Assembly: GCF_006345805.1 (NCBI RefSeq)
Contig: NC_043008.1
Span: 6,634,001 to 6,698,000, forward strand
Direction of reading: 5' to 3'
DNA from: Octopus sinensis
Taxonomy: Eukaryota
Length of the DNA: 64,000 nt
The position numbers were made by a program, and so were the translations under genes. The notes beneath the pieces are model-generated. The model worked only from the letters and a program-made list of their open reading frames with translations. It was not told the DNA's origin and did no database searches. How positions within the stretch are numbered: position 1 is the stretch's first letter; each line of letters opens with the position of its first letter. Positions 26,590-40,133 of this stretch are shown in pieces.

Positions 26590-27090
26590 TGTGTGTGTGT
26601 GTGTATGTATGTATGTATATATGTATGAGTGTATGAGTGTATGTATGTATATATGTACGTATGTATGTATGTATACATATATGTATGTACATATGTATGT
26701 ATGTATGCATGTATGTATGAGTGTATGTATGAGTGTATGTACGTACGTATGTACATATGTATGTATGTACGTATGTATGTATGTATGTATGTATGTATGC
26801 ATGTATGTATGTACGTATGTATGTATGTACGTATGTACGTATGTATGTATATGTATGTATGTACGTATGAGTGTATGTATGTATGTGTGTATGTATGTAT
26901 GTATACTTGTATGTATGTATATATGCATGTATGTAAGTATGTATGTATGTACGTACGTATGTATGCATGTATGTATGTATGCGTGTATGTATGTATGTAT
27001 GTATGTATGTATGTATGTATGTACGTATGTATGTATGCATGCATGTATGTATGAGTGTATGTATACATGTGTGTGTGTGTATATATTTGT
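26590..27090. repeat. (GTAT)n imperfect microsatellite
   Basis: Read directly. Confidence 0.95.
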
Positions 27091-27627
27091 GTGGAAATAC
27101 ATCTTAAACACAGCAGACACCGGTGTCCTTCGTTTTCCCAATCATCTGACATGTTGTACCATGAAGTAAACAACAACAGACGACATCGGCAGACGATACC
27201 GAATTGTTTTGGTAAAACCACGAAATTCTAATGAAGTCAACAACAGTTTGGAGAAGAAATGTTTTCTTTCTTACGATGCTAACGTAAATAACTGTAAAAA
27301 ATTTGGCTGTTCAGAAATATATAGAGAAACCTGTAATAATAACATTTAATAAGTGGCTTCCATTACATATTCTTTTCGTTTGTTCATAACACCTAAGTCT
27401 ATTTTCACTCTTTCCTGCATTGTTTTATTTTCATTGTCAATCAGAACCCGGTAATAATGTAGGCTTTGAACTAAAGGCTGCTCTGGTAGATCGTATGACA
27501 AGATAAGTTGGTGGTCAGGGGTACCATTTTGTATTACAAACTCGTAGACCACTGATGCTTTTGGAACTGTGTAAAGAAAACATGATGACAGCCTGCCTCA
27601 GTAACCTTATGAAACTATATATGTGTA

Positions 27628-28406
27628 TTCTCTAGGCATAAGGCCCGAAATTTTTGGGGTGGAGTCCAGTCGATTAGATCGACTTCAGTACGCTACTGGT
27701 ACTTAATTTATCGACCCCCGAAAGGATGAAAGGCAAAGTCGACCTCGGCGGAATTTGAACTCAGAACTTAAAGACATACGAAATACCGCTTAGCATTTTG
27801 CCCGACGTGCTAACGTTTCTGCCAGCTTGCCGCCTTAAAATAATCTTTTCTACTTTTTGAGAAGGGGACCAGTCGATTAGATCGACTCCAGTACGCTATT
27901 GGTACACTATTGATCAACTCTGAAAGGATGAAAGGCAAAATCGACCTCAGCGGAATTTGAACTCAGAACGTAACACCAGAGGAAATACCTATTTCTTTAC
28001 TACCCACAAGGGGCTCAACACAGAGGGGACAAACAAGGACAGACAAATGGACCAAGTCGATTATATCGATCCCAGTGCGTAACTGGTACTTATTTAATCG
28101 GCCCGGAAAGGATGAAAGGCAAAGTTGACCTCGACGGAATTTGAACTCAGAACATAAAGACAGACGAAATACCTATTTCTTTACTACCCACAAGGGGCTA
28201 AACACAGAGGGGACAAACAAGGACAGACAAACGGATTGAGTCGATTACATTGACCCCAGTGCGTAACTGGCACTTATTTAATCGACCCCGAAAGGTTGAA
28301 AGGCAAATTCGACCTCAGCGGAATTTGAACTCAGAACGTGACGGCAGACGAAATACAGCTAAGCATTCTACCCGGCACATTAACGTTTCTGCCAGCTTGC
28401 TGCCTT
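27628..28406 (-). mobile_element. Array of four SINE A copies
   Basis: Four repeats of AAGGATGAAAGGCAAAGTCGACCTC; identical junction GAAATACC|TATTTCTT at 27989/27990 and 28173/28174. Confidence 0.85.
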
Positions 28407-29354
28407 ACTAGATACAGGTATTGATACACGTGTATGTACGTGTGCGTATGTATGGAACGTGCATTTGCCTTCATGTGAATGTAGTTTCATATACTTAGAC
28501 ACACATGCAAATACAGAATAAACAATTTGACTATGCAAAAAGCCATTCTTTATGAAATTGTATGATAGGAATTGGATAACATTATTAGCTGGAAAATAGA
28601 GAAAATAGATACACGACCTAATTTATGGTAGACTTAATTAGAAAAGAAAATTGGAATAAGATAATGAAAAATGCTGTCTCTCCTTAAACATATGCAAAAT
28701 GCTTTAATATAATAATGATGGTAGTGATGGTGGTGATGATGGTGATGGTGGTAGTGACAATGATGTGTATGATATTGAAGGTGATGTTGATATTGTTGGT
28801 GATGGTGGTGATTGAAATGATGAAGAAAACTACACACACACACACACACATACACACACATATATATATATATGGACACTTATATATACTGTTGTATTCT
28901 TAGGTATGTGTCTTATGATGCCGAAGGTAAAAATAGAAATTAATCTGTGTTTGTTTTCCTAAAGGCGTCCAGAAAATCCTCACCAAGTCGCTAAAATCAT
29001 TCAAGCAGTCTTTATCTTGTTGAGTTTCTGGATCCTGTGTTATTGCAATACCATAAACATAATTTCCAAAAATAACCATTTAAAATTTCTCAGTCAAGCT
29101 GTATTTTCTTCCCATCAGAAAACATGTATGTATATTCACGTATACACATGCACACACGTATGTATGTTCTCGTTCTCTCTTTAATTTAAAAGGAACTTTG
29201 ACCGACCACCTGCTTGCTTGGTTGCAAAGTTGTTCTCTGTTATAACTGGAAAACTCTGATGTTATAAACATATACATATGCATACATAAACACATACTTA
29301 TATTCGTATACACATCCATCCATCTGTCCACCCGTCCATACATGCATACATACA

Positions 29355-29925
29355 TGATTTGAGATAGAATAGAGAAGCTGTGTATAGCTGTGGGAATAAG
29401 CTGCCCAGCGGATGTTTATATAAAGCTGAAGATCAGTGAAAAAGAGAACACCTATGCTGAACTATTGAGAAATCTACAGTTACTCTGACCAGATTACAAC
29501 TTCAGGTTTATACCTGTAATTATTGGGGCCCTGGGATGTGTAACACACTACCTAAATACCAATCTTGAGAAATAAGGCTTCTCAAAACCAGAATGGAGGA
29601 AGCTAATTCGAAGGCTTACAGATCCAATCCATCACTGGAACTGTAAAAATCTGTAAAACTTTCCAAAAGTTTATCATTTAAATATATATGAGCATGTCTA
29701 GATATGTAACTCTATGCATGAGAATACATACATAAAACATACAAATCTGCACATACATATATACATACATACATACATACATACATACATACATACATAC
29801 ATACACATACACATACATACATACATACATACATATATACATACATACATACATACATACAAAAATACCATGTTGTTGTTATTGAAATTCCAATGAAGGA
29901 ATCTTGGATCTAGGTTAGAAATTGG
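29355..29925 (+). mobile_element. RLE-type (R4/Dong-like or related) LINE 3' fragment, decayed
   Basis: EKLCIAVGISCPAD...KISEKENTYAELLRNLQLL*PDYNFRFIPVIIGALG...LQIQSITGTVKICK resembles the end of a restriction-like endonuclease domain; (ATAC)n follows. Right boundary approximate. Confidence 0.7.
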
Positions 29926-31096
29926 AAGTTCAATGATGATGATGACATGTTATGTACTGGTGTCATGTAAAAAGCACCCAGTCCACACTATTGTTGTTGG
30001 CTTTAGGAAGGGCATCTCCAGTTTTGAAGATCATGCTGAGATGGATAGGGGAGCTGTGTGTGTGGGGGGGGGGGGCAATAATCTGCTCATAAATGGTTGA
30101 GTATTCCATAGACATTCACTCTTTTAATTCTGCTGTAGAAACAGTGTAGTATAAAATAATACACAGCCTGATTCTTTCAATTACAGGTAAAGTCTATTTG
30201 ATGGGCTTCCACACAGGTTCCATTTGCCAGATTGCTTTTTTTTTTTTTTTCACAAGGCTGGAACTGATCCAATGCTTTTGTAAAAGAAAATCCCCAAAAT
30301 TCTTACCCCAAATCCCAGATTCCATAATCTTGTAGACTCCAGATTAAACCCCTCAATATAAATATCAGTATTTATTATTTGAGATTCTCTAGTGAACCAT
30401 TTGGAAGAGGAACCCAGAAACAGACAACCTATTTTCTCTTGGGAAATCTTAAGTATTCTAAGAATACAACGAAGAGGTATTCTGTTTAGTAGATATCTTT
30501 CACATACTGTGACCCTGACTTCAGACAGAGGGCAGCACGTATGTCCTTTTGGTATTGCAAATAAAAGGGTGACTTGATAAATCCCAATAATTCTAACGAG
30601 CTACAGACAGATGTTTAATTGGCTGATGTTATATGTCACCTGACCAATCACCTGTCTTTTGTGTTTATTCTGGTTTTGACTTAATAATTTCTTACACATA
30701 AATTTCAGTCATATCTCTTCGGTTTCCTCCCTGGAAAGCTGTGTTATGAATATAATTAGAAATGAGAGTTTTCATCAACGCCATCAGAACAAAGATATTT
30801 GAAGTGACAAGAGAAGTGGCCTCTGTGTCATGGCTGTGACAATGAATAAAAATTTAGCAATCATTGGTAGTGGTACTTTGTGGCGCAATGTACTGCTGGA
30901 ATATTAATGAACCCCACCAACTTCTTTTTTTATGGAAATCAAAAAAATCAAAAATCAAAAAATCAAAAATCAAAACCAAAAATCCAAAAAAAACCCACAA
31001 AAAACTCTTGTTCTGTTCTATAAACATTATATAAAATATACATGCTTATGTATGCTTTATATAAAGTGTGTATCTGTGTAAAGATATGTATATATG

Positions 31097-31181
<85 letters not shown>

Positions 31182-31184
31182 GTA

Positions 31185-31236
<52 letters not shown>

Positions 31237-31238
<2 letters not shown>

Positions 31239-31547
31239 GAGGTGCAATGGCCCAGTGGTTAAGGCAGCGGACTCGCGGCCGTAGGATCGCGGTTTTGATT
31301 CCTGGACTGGGCGTTGTGAGTGTTTATTGAGCAAAAACACCTAAAGTTCCACGGGGCTCTGGCAATGGGTGGTGGAGATCCCTGCTCTACTCTTTTACCA
31401 CAACTTTCTCTCACTCTTTCTTCTATTGGCCTGCTCGCTTTGCCAGCGGGGTGGCGTCATTTGAAGGCTAAAACAGTACGAAGCACATTGTGACCAGCTA
31501 TGTGTAGCAACATCTGATAGCCTGGTCAGTTACAGTGATCATGGTGA
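31237..31547 (+). mobile_element. SINE family D
   Basis: Collinear with 14908-15224. Confidence 0.85.
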
Positions 31548-31555
31548 TATATATA

Positions 31556-31618
<63 letters not shown>

Positions 31619-31622
31619 GTAT

Positions 31623-31687
<65 letters not shown>

Positions 31688-33004
31688 ATGTATGTATATA
31701 TATATGCACACATATATGTACAGATGCAGACACTGAGATATACATGAATACGTACCAAGAAGAAGCTATTATTTCAATTGCTACTCATTACATTATTTCG
31801 CTTTTTCCTCATTCCTAGATGTGCACATTCTTATTTAATGTATACTGATACAGTCTTTGATCACTCTCAGCTCATTAATGAATTAATTTTATAATTGTCT
31901 TTTGATTAAATCCTTCTAAGAGATCATCAATGAATAAATGTATAGAAATAAGTCTTATTGAAATTTAATGTTGAAATATTCTTAACATAGATGCCACCAA
32001 TCAATAATGCCATTGTTTCATTTTTTGGTTTTCTTCTAATAATGATCTTTGGAAATGTCAACCATAAATGTCATTTGTAATCTTAACTGGTTTCTAGAAA
32101 GAAATATTTTTCTGCATTCCTTACATCAATGAACCTTAGACAATAATATCCTTCTCTTTATTGTTTTGCTTTTTATCAATAGCATCTATTATCTCATGGG
32201 TTGGTTTTCAATGTTTCAAATGAGTTGATTATTTTATACGTAGAAATAATGACGATTCTGGACTTCTTTAACAATTAATCTGATTACTCAATCTATAAAA
32301 AGAAAAACCAATATTCAAGGTATAATCTTAGAAATATAATTTAATTGAGTCATATAGATATTATTATGAAACAGATATATAAAACATAATGAAGCCCCTG
32401 CTTAAGTCTGGCGATTAATTGAAAGCCAAAAGAAATAAAAAATTAAAAAAAACACCTAGAATATTCAAATCTGATGTTTATCATAAAATTTGTATGCAAA
32501 CCATCTATCAACAATTTCAATAACAGCTTCAGAAATGTGCTGCATTAGAAAGTCTTTTATATATTTATCTGTTAGGAATGTTAGATTTAACAATGCTGGA
32601 AATATGCGAGAATAATTTAGATTATATTCATATCAACATTGATATTATAGAATCTTCCAGCAATGTTTTCTTAATGATACCGAAATAAGATTCCATACAT
32701 TTTCATTCATACAACAAAATAATGTACAAGTTCTCAGTTTTCATTCTGGTTGTAGTTGTTTTATTTCTATTACTACTAATGCCTGAAAACATACAAACAC
32801 TTTGAAACACATCTAGGACAAATCACAAGATAGTTCCATGTGTGTGCAGAACATTTGGTTAGAGTTGCCGTGTCTAAAGATTATCTCTTCATTTCGTTTG
32901 CCCATTCAAGCTTCTATTAAACATTCAACTGTTTCATGTTGAATCATTGCCAAAGTTTTAAAAGAAGCTGTGAAAATAATGGAAAAAAAATCCACTAATA
33001 CTGC

Positions 33005-33788
33005 ATCATCATCATCATCATCATCGTTTAATGTCCGCTTTCCATGCTAGCATGGGTTGGACGATTTTGACTGAGAGCTGGCGAACCAGATGGCTGCACC
33101 AGGCTCCAATCTTGATTTGGCAGAGTTTCTACAGCTGGATACCCTTCCTAACGCCAACCACTCCGAGAGTGTAGTGGGTGCTTTTTACGTGCCACTAGGA
33201 CGAGGGTGAGTCAGGCAGTACTGGCAATGACCTTGCTCGAATCTTTTTACACATGCCACCAGCACAGGTGCCAGTAAGGTGACATTGGTAATGATCACGC
33301 TCGAATGGTGCCCTTTTATGTGCCACTGGTATGGAAGCCAATTGGCTGCTCTGGCAACGATCATGCTTGGATGGTGTTCTTGGCATCCTTCTAGCACGGG
33401 CACAAGTGCCTTTAAGGCGACGCTGGTAAGGATCATGTGACTGTGGCCATGCTGGAGCACCACCTTTAGTCGAGCAAATCAAGCCCAGGACTTATTCTTT
33501 GTAAGCCTAGTTACTTATTCTATTGGTCTCTTTTGCCGAACCGCTAAGTTACGGGGACGTAAACACACCAGTATCGGTTGTCAAGCGATGTTGGGGGGGG
33601 GGGCAAACACAGACACACAAACATACATATATACATATACATATATACGACGGGCTTCTTTCAGTTTCCGTCTGCCAAATCCACTCACAATGCTTTGGTC
33701 AGCCCGAGGCTATAGTAGAAGACACAGTGGGACTGAACCCGGAACCGTGTGATTGGTAAACAAGCTACTTACCACACAGCCACTCCTG
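33005..33788 (-). mobile_element. Family C (33005-33433) joined to SINE B (33435-33788)
   Basis: Family motifs; C body contains internal GGTGCTTTTTA..GTGCCAC subrepeats. Confidence 0.75.
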
Positions 33789-34409
33789 AGACTGCATACA
33801 TTCTTCCGTGGAATCTAAAATATTCACTTCTAATCACAATATTTTCTGGTCATTTTGAAAGCTTTTGTTCTTCAACTTCTACTCAACCAGATTCCTTATC
33901 TAATATATCCCACATGGTTTTAACTGATTAAACACCAACAAATATTATCAAATTTAAACTGAGTCATGTTATACATTATTGTACATGTGATGTCAAATAA
34001 TGGCAGCCCACATTAATAAAATAATAATTAACCAATTATGACTTCAACTCATTTCAGGATTTAAATATTCTTTTTTTTTTATATGGTTGCTATTATATCA
34101 TGACAGATGCTTTCCTTCATGGTTACCATATCTGAGGTTTGCATCACCATAGATACACACCACGTTAATCCTTCTAACTGAAGCCTTTATCACCATGGAT
34201 ACACATTGCATAGTTTCTCTAAGTGAAGTCTGTATCACCATGGAAACATGGCATTTAAGTCCCTCTAAGAGATGTTTATATCACCATAGGCATATATCAC
34301 TTTAGTCTTGCTAAGTGAGAATCTGTATCACTATGGATACACATCATTTGAGTTCTGCTAAGTGAGGTTCTTATCACCATGGATGCACATTGCTTTTATC
34401 CCTCAAAGT

Positions 34410-34684
34410 CAGTGATTCCCAGAGTGGGTGATAGTTCCCCTCGGGCGATGGGGGAGTTCCAAGGAGGCATTGATGAAAAATGGGATAGTGATTCATGTAA
34501 AAATTTGGGCAATAATGGGGTAAGGATTTATGTGAAAACAACAAAATAATGGACTCATTCGGTTAAGTTTCATTTGTGAAATACAGTTGCTTCGAATTTA
34601 CTTCAGAAAGAGTTGGGGTGGGGGCATTAGGATGTGGTCTGGGTATCAAGGGGACAGCAACTTGGAAAAGTTTGGGAACCTCGG
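34410..34684. mobile_element. hAT (Charlie-like) MITE
   Basis: CAGTGATTCCCA ... TTTGGGAACCTCGG ends; 8-bp TSD CTCAAAGT / CTCTAAGT (7/8). Confidence 0.7.
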
Positions 34685-34949
34685 CTCTAAGTGAAGCCTA
34701 TATCACCATGGATACACATCACATCTCTAAGTGATGTCTGCATCACCATAGACACATGGCATTTAAGTCCCTCTAAAAGATGCTTGTACCACCATAGGCA
34801 CCCATCACCTAAGTCCTGCCAATTGATATCTGTATCACCATGGACAAGCATAATTTGAGTTCTGCTAAGTGAGGTCTGCATCACCATGGATACATAGAAT
34901 TTTAGTCCCTATAAGAGATGCTTATATCACTATGGGTATATCACTTTAT

Positions 34950-35170
34950 TGCCCACAAGGGGCTAAACATAGAGGGGACAAACAAGGACAGACAAACGGG
35001 TTAAGTCTATTACATCGACCCCAGTGCTTAACTGGTACTTAATTTATCGACCCCGAAAGGATGAAAGGCAAAGTCGACCTCGGCGGAAGTTGAACTCAGA
35101 ACGTAATGGTAGACGAAATACGGCTACGCATGTCGCCCGGCGCGCTAACGCTTCTGCCAGCTCGCCGCCT
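34950..35170 (-). mobile_element. SINE family A inserted in the minisatellite
   Basis: CpG-rich young copy; flanks TATGGG(CA)TATATCACTTTA duplicated. Confidence 0.85.
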
Positions 35171-35813
35171 TATGGGCATATATCACTTTAGTCTTGCTAA
35201 GTAAGATCTGTATCACTATAGATACACATTATTTGAGTTCTGCTAAGTGAGGAATGTATCACCATGGAAACACATCATTTAAGTCCTGCTAATTGAAATC
35301 TGTATCACCATAGATACATAGCATTTTAGTTCCTCTAAGAGATGCTTATATCCCCACGGTTACTCCTCACTTTAGTCACCTTCTGCTAAGTGAGGTCTCG
35401 ATCACTACATCATTGCAACCAACCATTGGCAGTCTAGTTCAGCCGTATGCTGAATAATGTAAAATTCTGTACCTAATGCAATTTCCAAAAGTTCTTGTAT
35501 TTAGAAAACTTCATTAAATCAAGAAATAAATTAATAATGCATAACTCTGCAATGACCACGTAGTTGAAATATATTCAGAGACTATAACTGTAAGTGTTCT
35601 TTCCATACATTTAATTACGTATATAAATAAACTTATTTTAACTTGTATGAAAATACAAGTCGACTGACTAAATATGAGTTGATACACAAATGTTCTATAC
35701 ACGTATGCTGTTCAGTTTTGACATCAATAGAATAAAACTCAAAAGTGGGATGAAGATGACAGTATAGAAAATAGGTGTATTCCAGGGAAAATTGTGAAGT
35801 TATGTGAGCATAA

Positions 35814-35939
35814 TACAGTTCTGTATTCAAGAGATGAGGAATTATGTACATTATTTACATTATTTACGTATGGCGTAGTGGTTAAGAGTGAGGGCTACTA
35901 ACCCCAAGATTCCGAGTTTGATTCCAGATAATGACCTGA

Positions 35940-35972
<33 letters not shown>

Positions 35973-36117
35973 ACAACATCAAAAATACCTTAGGAATGAG
36001 AACCCAGGTTTGAAATTTCCCCAAGACACCTGATGAAGGCTGAAGGGTATATCAGCCGAAACATTGTGTTAACAACAAACAAGATGAGGACAAATATCTG
36101 TTGAATGTAAATAATAT
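35814..36117 (+). mobile_element. Family G element: residual inverted terminus (35814-35867) plus full arm
   Basis: A box TGGCGTAGTGG (35871), B-box-like GAGTTTGATTCC (35914-35925), HHR at 36025-36070. Confidence 0.8.
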
Positions 36118-36558
36118 GAATAATGAACATTTCATCTGTCTTTGTGTTCTGAGTTCAAATTTTGCTGAGGTTGGCTTTGCCCTTCATCCTTCAGAGTCAA
36201 TGAAATATTCACCTGTTCAGTAGCCAGGATGATGTAATCGATTCACCCTCCTCTGCTGAAATTGCAGGCATTTTGCCAAAATTTGAAGTGTATACTACAC
36301 TTTCTTCAATCAGCTTGCTATGATCATTGATTTCACTTCCCTGTGATGGTTGAGTTTTTAGTATTTTAAGAAGAGACCAAACATAAAACAATTTCTCTAA
36401 TCATTTATGCCTTTGTGAAATATTTTCATAGCGTTTTTTCTCAATGGTTTGCATGGTTCGTAGATATTTTGGCATATCTGAACATAGCATGTGACTTTTT
36501 TGTAGTAGATATTTTATGAAAACCTATGAATATCTGAACGCCAAACACTTTATGTAAA

Positions 36559-37010
36559 TCATCATCATCATCATCATCGTTTAATGTCCGTTTTTCCATG
36601 CTGGCATGAGTTGGATGGTTCGTCTGGGGTCTGGGAAGTCAGGAGGCTGCACCAGGCTCCAGTCTGAGCTGGCAGTGTTTCTACAGCTGGATGCCCTTCC
36701 TAACGCCAACCACTCTGTGAGTGTAGTGGGTGCTTTTTACATGCCACCAGCACAGGGGCCAGAGAGGGCTACCATTGACCATGATCAGATGGTGCTTTTT
36801 ATGTGCCACTAGCACTGAAGCCAGTCAAAGCAGTGCTGGCATTAGCCATGTTCAGATGGTGCTTTTTAAGTGCCACTGGCACAGGGATCACAACTGCAAT
36901 TTTTATTTGATTTTGTTGTACTTGACTCAATAGGTCTCCTCAAGTATAGCATGTCACCCTACAATCCAAGTCACTTTTGAGTGGGCTGGTTATGTAACAC
37001 TGGTGTAGGT
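36559..37010 (-). mobile_element. Repeat family C, long copy
   Basis: (CAT)n tail then family C body with internal subrepeats. Confidence 0.7.
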
Positions 37011-38268
37011 TATTGTTTCCAAAACCCTCAATTTTGGGGAAACCAGTTACAAGTAACTGGGGTCGCTGGAATATATCTAAACATATCATTAAGTCAGAAT
37101 TCACTGGAAAGATTTGTCCTTTCCTTAAAAGTAGTCCATTGGAGAATTTTAATTTTTTTTGTAAAATCTGCCAAGTTAGCAAAACAGTTTGTTTCTGTCT
37201 CTCAACACATACATCATAGATTCTGTATAAGATTAGGGACTTGATATGGGAACAATAACTAGATAGTATAAGTAACTGAAACTAGGTCACTACCCTGGCT
37301 ATGGACAGGCAAAGACGCTAAACAATATTATTAGTAATCACTTACAGATTAAATCAATGAAAAGTTGTGAGAGTGGACTAATTCTAAAACATATCTTGTT
37401 GTATTAAATATGTATATTACCACCACCCCACCCCCACTCCCATCTTCACCATTACCATGATGATGTTAGTTGTGGTGATGTTGTCTTTTTTTGCTGACTT
37501 GGTAATATGCAAGATTTTCCAAACTAGAAACTTAATTAACCAAAAGAAAATGCATGTGTGTGAAAAAAAAAAGAATTTCATATCTATTATTGATTTTATT
37601 TATCATTAATATAATTTTGATGGATAAACAAGAAACAATATCTCCATTATTTAACCAGTCTTCTTTCAAATTTTTTTTCTCTCTATTTACCTCACAATCA
37701 GACTACACCCCCCCCTTTCTCTCTCTCTCTCTCTCTCTTTCTTTCTATCTTTCTTCTCTCTTACCATCAAACCATTACTCCAAGCTCAAACCCGTACAAA
37801 CAATAAGTGTGTAATGTAAAGGATAAATAGATTATTGTCTTAATGTTGGGACAGCAGTAGTCTGCTAGTTTCTCTTATTAACTACATTCCTTTACCAACA
37901 ACTCCAACAATAAATGGGACTATTATTTTGGAAACACATAGTCTTCTCCTTTATGCTTTTGGCACCGAAGCAAATGTATGCATCTATTGTTCTTGCGTTG
38001 GTCTGTTTTGTTTTATGTATACACTGTATACATATGTGTATGCGTATGTATATTTACATAGATCTATACTTGTACATATCTGTATATCTCTCTCTTTACA
38101 CATACACACATATATATAATATATATATATGTACATACACACACATAAATATATTATACACACAAAATTATATATATACACACTCACACAGACACATATG
38201 TGTGTATGTGCACATGTGTTAATATATACTCACACATACACATATATATAATATTTATATGTACATAC

Positions 38269-38305
<37 letters not shown>

Positions 38306-38655
38306 TATATATATACACACTCATACCGACATGTGTGTATGTGCACATGTGTTAATATATACTTACACACACACACACACACACACATATATATGCATGT
38401 ATGTTTGTATTCATACTCACACGCATATACTGATAAAAATATATGTATGCATGTATATGTATGAGTGAGTAAGTGTATGCATGGAGATTTTTATATATGT
38501 ATTTGTGTGTTTAAATGTGTATGATGCTGTAGTCACTGGTTGACCAACTTCAGCCTGGAGTTACAAGACCATTGTTAAAAATTCTTAAAGGTACTGTCTA
38601 GCATGCCAAACATCTGTGTCAGAATACCATGAGATAACGAGTGTACAAGGAGATG

Positions 38656-38703
<48 letters not shown>

Positions 38704-38705
<2 letters not shown>

Positions 38706-39257
38706 GCCCTGATGCAGCACCAGGCAGTGGTTCTCATGGCTTTTGATCTTAACTGATTGGAAGTGTTATCATGTACATTGCTTTGTCTTGGTATAAAAGA
38801 TGGGCTACAGCAAATATTCTGCTCAACACCACAGATTTGCTTGTCAGTTGTTTGACCTTAAACAGTTGAGCATGTCCCTTAGTGGCTGACGATATGTGCA
38901 TCTCTGATCTCGAGCAGAAGTAGTGGGGGAGCATCATAGCCGTGTGTTGAGAGGGATTCTTTGGGCTTTGAGAACAATCTCTGGAAACATGGGTGTTCCC
39001 TTCAACATTCTTAAACAACCCTTCTTCAGGAACCTTTTGAGCAGGATGGGTTATTTGACCTGAAGAAAATTCTAACTGGGCCCCACCTGCAGGGTCATGT
39101 GCTGTTTATCCTGATATGAAATCACCATGTCATGCAGATATGATTGTGATGCATGTGCCTGGTGTACCCTTATCAGACGAGTAGTCATGATGGTCATACT
39201 GGGCTTCATATATTTTACCCCAGTGTCACTTTGATGGCATGCACTGCTCTCTCACAC
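38704..39257 (+). mobile_element. Family F non-coding element in (AAT)n
   Basis: Flanked on both sides by long (AAT)n; three copies in the window. Confidence 0.85.
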
Positions 39258-39310
<53 letters not shown>

Positions 39311-40133
39311 TATGAGCAAAAGAAATAGACAAAGCAAAATCCCAGCAGTGGCTGAGAAGCTCAAGACTCAAAGCAGAGACTGAAGGATTTTTAATTGCAG
39401 CACAAGACTGAAGCGTCCCCACCAGAAATTACCAAAAACATATAATGAAAAGAAACATAACAAGTAACTGCAGAATATGTGGAGATGGACAAGAAACAAT
39501 AAATCATATTGTCTCTGGCTACCCAGTCCTGACTGAGAAGGAATATATTCACAGGCACGTCAGAGTTGGGACCTACATACACTGGAAGCTATGCCAGCAC
39601 TATGGAATAACATTAGAAATACGATGGTTTAAGCACACACTAGAAAAGGTCACAGAAAAAGAGAAAGCAACCATACTCTGGGATATGCCAATACACACAG
39701 ATAGAGATATTAAGGCCAATAGGCCAGATATAATTGTCAGAGATCATGAAGAAAAAAATGCTTTCTAATTGATGTATCAATACCAGCAGATGACAACGTG
39801 TCTCTAAAAGAAATGGAGAAACTTTCAAAATACAAAGACCTGAAAATAGAGGTAACTTGAATGTGGAATCTAAAAATAGAAACAATTCCTATCATAATAG
39901 GCGCATTAGATATGATAAAAAAATATTCAGACAAATACATAACAAAAACACCAGGACTTACAAATATATATGACTTACAGAAAATAGCACTACTGGGCAC
40001 TGCACACATCCTACGCAAAAAATTTTCAATACAGTAACCATAAGAGCATCACAGCAAACCACAGCTCATACCTAAGGCACACAGAGCTGTGCTCAGTAGT
40101 GAAGTGAAAGCACGTTATAAAAATAAGACTACT
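39311..40133 (+). mobile_element. R4/Dong-clade LINE, 5'-truncated (CCHC finger + RLE endonuclease, disrupted)
   Basis: QWLRSSRLKAETEGFLIAAQD*...CRICGDGQETINHIVSG...RH...ILWDMPIHTDRDIKANRPDIIV.../LIDVSIPAD...EKLSKYKDL...PIIIGAL...LQKIALLGTAHILRK; (AAT)n on both flanks. Confidence 0.9.

Larger units (their letters stand above)
34115..35405. repeat. ~46-bp minisatellite interrupted by two TEs
   Basis: Recurrent TCACCATGGA...CTAAG(T/A)GA..TCTGTA units. Confidence 0.85.

Noticed and set aside
21532-27221. YI/HT/MYVC-rich ORFs
   Set aside because: Products of (AT)n, (AC)n and (GTAT)n microsatellites.
34115-35405. CRISPR-like repeat/spacer appearance
   Set aside because: The variable parts are homologous to each other, there are no cas genes, and the context is eukaryotic; it is a minisatellite.
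38704-38730. Hammerhead at the start of family F (CCTGATGCAG)
   Set aside because: The core is CTGATGC, not CTGANGA, and no stem II-GAAA follows.
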